A stretch of DNA of 64,000 nt from Thermoguttaceae bacterium (GTDB lineage: Bacteria; Planctomycetota; Planctomycetia; Pirellulales; Thermoguttaceae): contig JAFQUP010000118.1 of NCBI GenBank assembly GCA_017408405.1, positions 12,687 to 76,686 of the forward strand. Direction: 5' to 3'. Made by a program: the position numbers and the translations under genes. Positions within the stretch are counted from its first letter, which is position 1, and every line of letters starts with the position of its first letter. Positions 10,179 to 21,700 of this stretch are shown one piece after another. The notes under the pieces were generated by a model, which was not told the DNA's origin, did no database searches, and saw only the letters and a program-made list of their open reading frames with translations.

Positions 10179-10231
10179 AAAGTCCGACTTAAAATCTGAT
10201 CCCGCCATTTTCCCAACCTGAAAGGTTTTCC

Positions 10232-11842
10232 ATGCTAAACTCGATCTCCCGCCAAACGTCAGGAAAAAGTCACGAAAAACTCCTTTCTTTCGTGCTTTCC
10301 TTCCTTTTTCTGATTTGCGTTTCTTTCAAATTTTCTCTCGTTTTTTTGCCTGAGGAACATTCACGACTCCTCGCCTCCGAGACAGTCCAGCCTGAAACAT
10401 CCTCCACTATTCATGGAGCTTCCACTATTCAGGAAGTCTCCCATTCGGAACTGGAAACCGCTGTTTATCCGGAAGACACCGGTGCCGCGCTTCGCAATCC
10501 GGGGATGGGATGGGTCTTTCATCACTACGATAACGCGCTCTGGCAATACGGCGAAAGCCAGGGACCGGGATATGACGGGCATGAGTTTCCCGGCCTTTCG
10601 GTCGTTTACCTCCGGCTGGCGTGGTCTTTTCTCGAACCGAAGGAAGGAGATTTCAACTGGTCGATCCTGGATTCTGTCATTCAGCGGTATGAGCGAATGG
10701 GAATTCGTTACGCGTTTCGGATCACCGCGTTTGAAGGGAATGCGGCTGAAGACGGTGTGCCGCGCTGGCTGCGTGAGGCCGGATGTCCCGGATTCATTGG
10801 AAAAGCCTACGGAAAAGAGCATTGGGAAGTGGATTACGCCTCGGAAATGTTTCTCGAAAAATTCGGGAATTTCCTCATGGCGTTGGGGAAACGCTATGGA
10901 GACGACCCGAATCTGGAATTCGTGGACGTCGGTTCTCTCGGAATCTGGGGAGAAGGACACCCAATCGCGAAAGCGTACTCTACGGAAGTCCTGAAAAAGC
11001 ACTGTGAACTTCACCAGAAAGCGTTTCCTGAAAAATGGATCGTTTTCAACGACGACATGTGCCGGAACTTTCATCCGGAAGCAAAACCGAACGGCAAACA
11101 TCAGGACACAACAATCCAAATGCTTCTTGAGGGCGGATACGCTTTTCGGGATGATTCACTCAATGTTTTCCCGGACCCCAATTTCATGTACAGCGCGGAA
11201 CTCGCTGAAAAATTTTGGCGCAAAGTCCCAATCATTCTGGAAATGGGACACTACGAATACGCCAAAAAAGTCAAAGCCTGGGGCGGGGAACGCTACTCTA
11301 AAGCTTTGGCAGACTACCATGGATCCTACGCTTCGATCCACGGCAACCCCATTCGCTTCCTGAGTGAAAATAAAGAACTCATTCACGAGATGAATCTCAA
11401 AATGGGGTACCGATTTGCGTTAAAATCGGCTAAATGGAAAACCGAGATCTCTCCAAATGAGAGATTTTCTATCGATTTCGAGTGGAAAAACTCCGGTGTC
11501 GCGCCAAGTTACCGAGACAGCTTTCCGATCTGGACACTCATTAATGAAAAAGGCGATATTTGTGCTGTTTTCGCGGATGATTCGTTTAATTTACGAAAGA
11601 TACTCCCCGCCCAAAGTCTCGCCGGTTCGTTCTCCAGCCGACTTTCCCCAATGCTTCAGCCAGGAAAATACTTACTCTGCGTCTCAGCAGGCTCTCCATC
11701 TGGAAGGCCAGAACTTGAACTCCCGCATATTTCATGCGCAGAAAAGCAAATGTTTCAAAGAAAATACCCGTTTGGGTACTTTGATGATTCGGATTTCCGA
11801 CGCTATCCCCTTGGGGAAATCCGTGTCACGTCCAAAGACTAA
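10232..11842 (+). CDS. signal-anchored putative glycoside-hydrolase-like TIM-barrel protein
   Basis: 536-aa ORF with an N-terminal hydrophobic segment. NPGMGWVFHHYDN and LRLAWSFLEPKEGDFNW resemble GH42/DUF4832-like barrels. The family call is tentative. Confidence 0.7.
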   Translation: MLNSISRQTSGKSHEKLLSFVLSFLFLICVSFKFSLVFLPEEHSRLLASETVQPETSSTIHGASTIQEVSHSELETAVYPEDTGAALRNPGMGWVFHHYDNALWQYGESQGPGYDGHEFPGLSVVYLRLAWSFLEPKEGDFNWSILDSVIQRYERMGIRYAFRITAFEGNAAEDGVPRWLREAGCPGFIGKAYGKEHWEVDYASEMFLEKFGNFLMALGKRYGDDPNLEFVDVGSLGIWGEGHPIAKAYSTEVLKKHCELHQKAFPEKWIVFNDDMCRNFHPEAKPNGKHQDTTIQMLLEGGYAFRDDSLNVFPDPNFMYSAELAEKFWRKVPIILEMGHYEYAKKVKAWGGERYSKALADYHGSYASIHGNPIRFLSENKELIHEMNLKMGYRFALKSAKWKTEISPNERFSIDFEWKNSGVAPSYRDSFPIWTLINEKGDICAVFADDSFNLRKILPAQSLAGSFSSRLSPMLQPGKYLLCVSAGSPSGRPELELPHISCAEKQMFQRKYPFGYFDDSDFRRYPLGEIRVTSKD

Positions 11843-11946
11843 AAGAAAATCGTCCCATAAAAGAATTCGCCCGAAAAGACGCGAGTCCTTTACGGAACTC
11901 AACGTTTTTTCGGGTAAAAAGTCAAACCATTCCCGAGATTGAACTC

Positions 11947-12702
11947 TCAGGAATTCGGTTTCTTTGACCGGGAAAAATCAAGCAGTTTTTCGACATCAAT
12001 TCCAATATCCGAAACAAAAATCTCCCCCGTAAAAGGCTCCGCCTCGGGCAAAAGCAGTCCAGGTTTGGCGGCTGCGAGTGTCACCGTTCTGCCTGCCTGA
12101 ACAGCAAAATCTTTATTTTCGGCAAAAGGACGGCCCGTTTCACAGTCCAATCCCGTCGGAATGTCCACCGCAAGAATCGGAGCCTCCTGTCCATTAAGCC
12201 ATTTTATGGTTTCCGCCATAGGAAAACGCGGAGGGCCTACGGCTCCAGTCCCAAGTAACGCATCGACACAAACAGAAGCCGCGGGAAGAGAATTCAAACG
12301 GGCCAAAACCTCACTTTCAGAATCGGCATCCCACAAATGAAACATTGGAAAATCCAGTTTCCGCCCCAATTCATACTGAAAAAGAGCATCTCCTCCCAAA
12401 CGTTCCGGAGAAGCGCATAAAACCACCTCAAATGGCACATTCCGCAGTTGAAGCTGCCGCCCAAGCGCCAATCCGTCACCCGCGTTATTCCCCGCGCCGC
12501 AGAAAATTAAAACCAGTTTCGGTACTTTAATCCACTCCAAAAGCAGCTCAGTAATTCCCCGCGCCGCGTTTTCCATCAGGAGCAAACCCGGCATTCCGAA
12601 AGACTCAATGGCAATTCGGTCCAGCTCACGAACATCTTCCCGCGGAAGAATCTTTCGTGTTGAAGCGGAATGGAAAGCTCCTTCACCAATGAATTCACGC
12701 AT
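11947..12702 (-). CDS. nnrE: NAD(P)H-hydrate epimerase (YjeF N-terminal domain only)
   Basis: Contains LLMENAARG and IFCGAGNNAGDGLALGRQL. The start is set to the ATG at 12702, 10 nt after the giant-gene stop; the track start at 12741 would overlap that gene. Confidence 0.85.
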   Translation of the reverse strand: MREFIGEGAFHSASTRKILPREDVRELDRIAIESFGMPGLLLMENAARGITELLLEWIKVPKLVLIFCGAGNNAGDGLALGRQLQLRNVPFEVVLCASPERLGGDALFQYELGRKLDFPMFHLWDADSESEVLARLNSLPAASVCVDALLGTGAVGPPRFPMAETIKWLNGQEAPILAVDIPTGLDCETGRPFAENKDFAVQAGRTVTLAAAKPGLLLPEAEPFTGEIFVSDIGIDVEKLLDFSRSKKPNS

Positions 12703-12712
12703 CGAAAATCTC

Positions 12713-15700
12713 TCACCCAATATTTTCTTCTTTTTCCACATTCAGGCTAAAAACTTCCTCAATCACCAAATCCGTCAGCGCGTTCGCCGCGGACTGAATG
12801 GCCGACGCGGAAGCCAGTGCTTTCACGAGCTGATTTTCATTCAGAATATTCGTAGCGGACGCGGTTGAACATCCCAAAAGCTCCGGCTCTCCCTCGAAAT
12901 AGGAAACCACGGCAACGGAAGAGGATTCTGCCTGCGTTTCGATCTCTTCAAGCTCAATCATTCCATCCATATCCGAAAGCAAAAACTCGGAAAGCAGTCG
13001 TGAATCGTCAGCCTGCTCCATCGCGAACGAACCAATCACGGCCCAATCCTCGGACACCAGCAACACTTCCGGGAGAACGGCGGACATCGGAGCAACGGCT
13101 TCTGCAAGAGGAATTGAAGCAGCTGCCTGGTTCACGATCTGTTTCGAGGAAATCGTCCCCCCAATCCCAATTTCTTTTGAATTTTGCTCTTTAAAAGGAA
13201 TCGCGATTCCAATACTCAAATCCGTAGAGCCGCTAACCCCTTTTCCATCGGCCCTGGTAGTGAATTCAAGCCCCGCATTTCCAGTCGTCACCAGCTTAAA
13301 CTGCCCAAGCGAAAAATATTTTCCATCCGCCCCCGACATTTCTTGAGCGATAAAGGTACTACCGTTCACCAGCAATTCATCATTTTCAATCGCCTGATCC
13401 ATCGTGTCACTGCTGAAACCTGAGACAGCCTCCGCGTTAACCGAAACTTCAATAATACTTCCAAAGACGCAAAGTTCGTAAAATTTAGCGAGATCCTCTG
13501 AATAAACCGGCAAATCGCACTGGAACCAGACATTCAAATAGTACGTTTTACCAGCCTCAATACTCTCAACGGAAGACGGAAGTTTCTCCAACTCAGAAGC
13601 AACTGAACCGTTTGTCAATGTCCACGAAAGCGAGAATGGTTTCTCGTACTCCATCGACACGGCGTAATTAACGATTTCTCCTGATTCCAAAACAATCTGG
13701 ACCGTAATCGGGGAACGATCCTGGTCCACCTGGTAGGGTGCGTAGGTCACGGTCATGATCCCCGTTTCAGAATTCCAGAAAATATCGGCAATCGTATGAT
13801 TCTCCGGAATCGCGGGAATCTCCATGTGTTTGATTTCGAGATTCTCGAATTCGGCAGCGGGAATTTCCATGCTTAGCAAATCCCCGTCGTTCGCGTAATT
13901 TTCATAAATTGTCACAATATCAGAAATATCCGCGATTAAACATGAAACCTCCGTCTTAAGATACGTTTCCCGCGCCAGAATCGAACCTTCTCCAAGGACC
14001 GAAGCCGTTACGTTTTCACAGTTAGCATCAATCTTCAGATCGCCCGTAAGAGTCAGCGTCTCCTTCAGGTAATAAACGGTTTTTCCACCTTCATCAACTT
14101 TCCGCTCCCAGACACTTCCCTGGTCAGAAAAACTTTGGTACGCGTTGAAAGAGAGTTTCGTATCAGGCTTAAGTACGGTACCAGCTTTAAGCAGCGAACC
14201 TTCGGCGATTTCCGCGTCAACTTCAGTCGTTTCGACGACCTCCGCGGTAACTCCCAGCGTTTTTGAAAGAGCGCTTTCAACAGATTTCACGTTCAGGCTC
14301 TCATCAATAATCGTCACGGTACCGTCAGCTTTAACCACTAAGTTTTGAGAATCACTTCCCGCACTGTTCGTGACAGTCAGCGTCCAGCTCATGTCCGTGA
14401 AATTGGCAATTTCAGCCGTCCACCCGTTCTCGTTCTCCGTCAATCCGCTGCCCGTAATCGAAAGTGAGAGATTTTCAGAACCAGACGCGAAAACTTTCAC
14501 CATGACCGTATCCAAAATGGTCCCGTCTTCCTGAGAAACAGCAATTTGAAATTGAGTAGTCCCATTTGTTTCAGAAACAGAGGAAACGTTAATATTCACC
14601 TTCGATTTTCCGGCAAATTTCAAAACGGAATTTCCGCTGGCCAATTCCATCGATTGGATCTCCGGAGCTTCTGCCCGATCCTCAATAACGAGTTTAAACA
14701 GAAATTCATCACTTGCCGCTTCATCATCCGCGACAGAAGAAGAGGAAGCCCTGACACTGAAATTCAATCCTTCCGTCAGATAATCCGCCGAAGGAGCGGT
14801 GAACGTAAGAATTCCATCCTCCGAAATCTCAAAAGTTCCTTCCTCCGGAATCGTCAGCATTTCAAAATCCAATACGGAATTATCAAAATCCTGAATCAGC
14901 GGTTTCAGATCCAGAGAATAAATTCCCGAAAGATTTCTGGCGCAATTCCATTCATAAACACCGATCTCAGTCTCCACGCCATCTGCCCAGATTGGAGCGA
15001 CATTGGTTTGGGGAACCGAAAGAGTCAATTTACTCTGCTCGATGTCATTGGTTTTTTCATTCTCAAAAGAGCAAATGAAATTCGCGGTTCCGTACCAGCC
15101 GGCCGGAATAATGAATTCACCATTTTCCCACCGAACGGCAGCTGCCCCGGAAGTACTTCCCTCAGGGGAGAAATCAACCGATTTCACGTTCCATATTTCA
15201 GAATCAAGTTTTTGCCTCGAAAGCAAATCCGCCGAAACTTTCGATTCATGGTTTTTTCGTTCCACGGTCGCGCTCAAATCAAAAGGAGCGGCTGCCAAAG
15301 TCAATGTTAAGAAATTACCTGTGCTCATTTCTGTCTCGGTATTCGTGACAGAATAACTGAATTTGGCCCAAACGCCATCCAGGAGATTCCATACGGCGGC
15401 ATCTTTGACTTCTTCTCTATTTTTATCCAAAATCTGAATCATTCGGAAAATCAGGTAATCCTGATTCTCAATGGCACCCGCGTCCGTCTGGATACTTCCG
15501 CTTTTCATCTCCGCGTCAAAATACCAGGTATATTCCGCGTTCTGAATGACAAAATATGAAGATTCAGGGACAAATCCAGCGGTGAATCCCTCCATGACGG
15601 AATCAAATTTCAGCTCATCAGCCTTTAACGTTCCCTCATCCTCACCCGCGGAACATCCATTCAAAAGATCAACAGATCCCCCGTTTTCACCCACCGGCAG

Positions 15701-18700
15701 ATTGAGTTCCGCTTCCTTGACGTACGGTTCAGTTTTTTCGTTCATCACGACGAAAGGAATCAGGCAGTCTGCCGTTTTGGATTCCCCATCCTGAATCCAA
15801 GAGTAGATCACTTTCAGATCAACCGTCCCATAAGCATTTTCATTCAGCGCAAAAACAAGATTTTCGCCATTCTCTGAAATCATCGGTCCATCAGCGAAAA
15901 GCGATGAATAGGACTCTTTACGGGATCCGTCTTCGTTCAGGACGAATCCATGAACCTGAGCATTTTCTTCCTCAATTGAGAAAGCCTGCCCGGAAACCGA
16001 AATGGAATAGTCTCCCCAAACCAAATCGGAATCCATCGAATTTGAAAGTTCGAGGTAATTCAGAAGCCGCTCACTAAATTCCCCATCTCCTTCCTTAAGC
16101 TCGATATTCGCATTTTCTTTCAAAATCAGGGCATATCCTGACCACTCAACGGTACCGGCAACATCCTGAACGGAAGTTTCTGTTCCTTCAAGAATATTCC
16201 CTTCCATGTCAACGTTCGCGGCAGCTGCTTTAATCGTGATATTACCGTATTTTCCAGAATTCGGCGTCCAAAGGATGGAACGTCCGTCTTCCGAAAGAGT
16301 CACGCCATCCGCTTTTTCTCCATTGACCCAAATTTCATACTGCGTCACGATCCATTCATTATTCTGCGGATCAGAGAAAATCGAATCCATTTCAAAGACA
16401 TAATTTCCAGACTCATTCTGAGGCACGGAAATTGAATCTCCGACAATTTCCAACGGCAACGCTTTTTTAAAGATGTCAAAGGTAAGAAGCCGTTCCGGAT
16501 CTTCCGGAGAAAGGCCATTTTTATCCTTAACGACGAACGAAATGGTTCCCAGTTTATTCGCGCCGCGCAAATCTTGAATGCTCTCGGTCGTGAAAGATAA
16601 TACGAAATTTCCCTCGCCATCTTCCTTCACGTCCATTGTCAGAATTCCGTTCGGCAAATCTTCCGCCAAAACCAAGTCCAACGAATAGGAAAGCTGGTCT
16701 CCCGACTCCAAATCTTCATCTGTGACCATTGCCAGAAGTTCATCCTGACTGAGAGTCATCGTCCAGGTCCACGAATCCATTTCTTCCGTATTCTCATCCG
16801 GAAAATCAAAATAGACATCCGTCAGACCTTGAGTATTCTCAACGATCACTGGCCGTGAATCGTACGTGAACTGGAGCAAACGCATTTCCTCGCTTGGAGT
16901 TTTGTTGCCGGCCGCGTCTTCCAACCAGAAATAGAGCGAATTCTTTCCATATTCCAAATCAATTCCGACCGAGGAATCATAGCGAACAGGATCCGTCAAC
17001 TCGCTGGATCGTGAATACCATAAAATGACTTCCGTTTCGCTCGGAGTAAAGAATATCCTCAAATTTTTATCCGTAGTAAACCACGTTCCATCAGCCAGCG
17101 AATCATCCGCGTGATTCATACTGAAAACGACGAAAGTCGGAGGCGTTCGGTCTACCGTAATCTCCTGAATTCCCTCCATCTGATGAACATTTCCGGCAGC
17201 GTCAATTGTCTGAATCCTGAAATTCCATTTTCCTTCCGCAAGTTCCTCTTCCGGCCAAATCATTTCACAGTTACCGTTCTTCACGATCCCCTGCGCGTAA
17301 ACGGATTCCGTCGTTTTCTCTTCTCCATCGACTACTTCTGAAGAAACCAGAATAATCTGAACCCACGTTCCGTATTCCTCCGGCTGAGCGTCCGTGAGTT
17401 TTATCGTGAAAGCGGGATTCGAGTTTACGCGGGATTCTCCAGTGCCGGTTTTGACCAATTCCATTTCAGCGGAAAGCTCTGGTGCCACTCGATCAACCAA
17501 AATCAGGAACTTCTGTTCTGAAGTTTCCGTGTCTTCAATGGAATCATTTCCAATTTTGTCTTTTCCGGCAACATAGCAGGAATAAAGACCTTCAGAAACG
17601 GCTTCTCCCTCCTCTCCAAAAATACGAAGCGTGAACTCTCCGCCGGTTCCCTGCTCATTTTCAGTAAATGAGTATTCGTAATTCCATCCATTCTCCGTCT
17701 TCCCGGAGGAATTTTTCTGAAGATCGATGGAATCCAGAATCATCAAAGCATCGTCACTCTCTTCATTGAGAATAATATCCAGCTCCGCCTGCTCTATACC
17801 CGCCAAATCATAAAGTTCGCCGGAAAGCAGAATCTCGTTTTTCGCGGTTGCCAAAACATCCGGATTCAGGTTCGGAGATCCTTCAAGCTCAAGCTCTTTA
17901 AGCTGAGGCGGAATGGAATCCAGCACGTAGTAAACCATGAACGTCAGCGTAACGGTTTCACCAAATTCATCCGTCGCGGTGACCTGAATTTCAGCGGAAA
18001 TTGTTCCGTTTTCGCCTTCCGGTTCCTTGAAATAGTTAAATGCGATGTTTTGAGCAAGAAGATACGGTTCAATTTCATCCGTATTTCCTGTCACATTTTT
18101 AAGATTAGAAAACTCAAGAGCTTTGAAATCCGTCAAACAATTATTCAGCGGAATATTTTTATTCGGCCCCGAAGAATTCGCCAATTGGTAAAAACCATTT
18201 TCCTCAAGTTCCTTCCCATACGAAGTCAGTGTCGGCGTATCGTTTAAATAGATGATGAAAACCCGCGTCGATTCGTTTCCAGACTCATCCACGGCAGTAA
18301 CGGAAATCTCGTTCCGTCCGTAAAGAAGCGGAATTTCAGAAAGTCCATCCGTCTTAACCGATTCACCGGTTAAAACATGAAGAATCGAAACATCAAATAC
18401 GGCAGTGGCATCGTTTTTCGCGTAAATTCCCAAATCATATTTTCCGTCGGGCGCGAACTCTTCCGTCAGGTACATGGAGTCAAATGCCGTTCCCTTCATG
18501 GAATATTTTCCATAATCTGACGAATCGTAGTCTTCAACATATCCCATTCCGTCAATAATCGGAGCCGCCGAATCAACCTTAATCGTCTTCTGAGATTCTT
18601 CCGTGAAAGTACTTAATCCAGCCGCGTTCACGGTCTGAATGGAGAATAACCAGTTACCGTCACCAAGTGTTTCGGTCAGGAAATACTCTAATTCGCCAAA

Positions 18701-21700
18701 TTCACCTTCCAACGCGTCATATTTTGCCTGCGCGTAAAGGACTTTGTTTCCGCCGTTAGTATCCGAAACATAAATTTGAGCCCAAACACCATTCCGCGCG
18801 TCAATTTCCGAGGGAGCACCAGACGCGGAAAGAACAAACTCCGGATTTTTATTGACACTCGTCTGAGATGATCCCGTCTGAACGAGCGTCATTTCCGCGG
18901 TAACGGATGGCGCTTCCGTCTCGACCAGAATCTCCAGACTCTGAAAATTACCGGAATCCATGGAAGATTCATTTCCCAATGCGTCTTTTCCGCAAACGCA
19001 GAAAAGATAAACGCCATCATCAAGTCCTGAAATTGAGAAAGTGAAAGCCCCGGAATTCTCCTGAATGGAATAAGTCCATGCCTCTTCAGATTTTCCAGTT
19101 AGAAGATCCACATTGGATAAGATTGGCTCTCCGCCTTTCAGAATCGTCAGAGTCGCGTTTTCAATCTCGGAAACATCAAAAAGTTTACCCGTAACAGATA
19201 TCGTGTCTTGAGCGACAATATGTTTCAGAACAGGTTCTTCCTCATTCCGATTTGCGAGAGAATCATCCGCCAAATCGTCTTTAACGATAACCTCTACCCA
19301 CTGCGGTGCCGTCTCATCATTCAGATAGGTAACGACAAAAACCAGCGAGGCCGAAGTACCATGAACCGTTTGGGCCGTCACCTCAATTTCCGCCTCTATT
19401 CTTTCATCTTGCTCAAGTTCCGCGGGATAACGGAAAGACAGAATTCCAGAATCAGAAATTTCCGTCTGAATCAATGTCGGCGATTGGGATTCTGCTGTAA
19501 ATTCCAGCTCTCCTTCGTAATCAAACAGCAATTTCAAATCCAGTGTCTTGTTTACCGAAGGATCTTCTCCAGCCGCCTGGAAAAAACCATTTTCCTGGAG
19601 TAAAAGACCTGCTTCCGTAAGTTCAGGCACATCCTCCCAAATGACCAGGCAGGTCTGAGTTCGGGAATTTCCGGCCTTATCCACTGCCGTGAAAAGAATG
19701 GTGTTGAGACCTTCCTCAAGAATCAGCGTAAACGAGACAGTCCCGTCTTCGTTCAAGGTCCCTTCCACCTCTTTTTCATTTACGGAACAAAGAAGTGAAT
19801 CCGGATTCTCATCCGTAATTTCAACGCTCAAATCAAGAGACTGTTTCTTGACGAGCATCGAATCAAATTCTTCTTTGTTTTCCAAATGATAGTTCGGAGA
19901 ATATCCCTCAACCTGAATCTGCGGCTTAAGACTATCCAAAATTAAAGAAACAGAATTGCTTCCGCGGGTCGTATTTCCGGCAGCGTCAATCGTCTGCGCG
20001 AAAAGAACGTATGAACCGTCAAAAATATTCGCTCTGGAATATTCCAGCTCACCAATCGTACCGGAAGACACATCATATTTCGCGCGAGCGTAAACTGCCT
20101 GGTCTCCTTCCGCGTTTTCAATGATGACTTCAATCCAAACTCCCTGAGAAGCATCCTGTTGATTTAATTCCACAGACTCCGGCAGAGTCAAAGAGACTTC
20201 CGGAGGAGTCTGCGAATACTCCGGCAATGAAACGCCTACCGAAATTTCAGGTTTTTTCGTATCGACAATAACCGGAATTTCCTGCGCCGATCCTTCCGCT
20301 CCGTCCGTAAAGACGCCGAAGGAGAAAAGACCATCCGCGACTTCCAAAAGCGTCAGCGTGAACGTTCCGTTTTCAGAATCGTAAACGTATTCCAAACCTT
20401 CCAACGTCTGCGACTGCGTCAGATCAATTTCAGAGAAAATGACCTCGGAATCACGCTGAATCGTCAGAAAAGCACTTTCCTGGCCTTCCGGCAATTCCAG
20501 TTTCCCACTCATTTTCAGAGTGTTTTGACGAATAATGTGTTTAACTTCCGCCAGGGAATCTTCCGAGTAATCATTCTCAATCGTTACGTTTTTAAGCAAT
20601 TCCGCGTACCGTACGAAGGTCAGCGCAAACGTGAGTTCCGCTTTGCTTCCCAGCGTATTTTCCGCTTCAACCGTAATCTCGGAAGTCAGTTTTTGACCAT
20701 ATTCCGGCGTCGTGGGATACGTAAAGCTCAAAACGCCCTTTTCATCCACCGCGACCCTGGCGACGGAAGCATTGCTGGAAGTCACTTTAAAGCTCAAATT
20801 ATTCCCGTAATTGAACATTTGAGTCAAATCGATCACCGCGTATTTTTCCTGCTCCGCGGAGTACTCCTGAGTGAACCCGTTTTTCTGAAGCTCTTCTCCG
20901 GCTTCAGTAAGTTTAACGCCTTCCTCGCAGTAAACTCGGCAAAGCTTTGTCGTTTTTTGCCCCGCGGAGTCCGTTACCGTGAAAAGGATCTCATTAATTC
21001 CGCTTTTAAGGGTAAAATCAAAAACGTAATCAGAACCATCCTGAGAACTCGCGGCAATCTCATTTCCATTCTGCGTGCAGACCATCGTCACGCTCGAAAT
21101 ATCGGTCACCGAAACCGCCAGCTGAAATTCTGGCGAATCAGCTTTCATTGAGTCAAATTTCTCATTATCCTCAAAATGATAATTTTCCTCGTATTTCGGA
21201 ATGGAAACGACCGGTGCCGTTTTGTCGAACGTCACCGTCAGTGAATTGCCCATCGTTTCATTTCCAGCCGCATCAAGGACTTTACTCGTGAAAAACCAGA
21301 CTCCTTCGGAAAGATTAACCTTTGAATCGTATTTTAATTCTCCAAAAGCCAATGTGGAGGAATCGTAGTCAGCCGAAGCGTAAAGTTTCATTTCGCTGCC
21401 GTCTGTTTTGGAGACATAAATCAGAAGCCGCGCTCCCGTTTGGAGATCCTGCGAATTCAACGCTCCGGTCGTTTTGACCGTAAATTTCGGATTTTCCGTG
21501 ACCGCGGTTGATGGGAGTGAAATGGATGGCGTTACTCCAGGTTTCACAGTATCCACCCAAACACTCAATTCCTGAACAAGAGTTTCATCCAAACTGGCAT
21601 CCTGTGCCTGAATAACGTATTCTCCGTCATCAAGATCCTGAAGCGTCAGCGTAAACGTCCCTGCCTCTGAATCGTATTCATACTTGATATTCTCTTTTTC

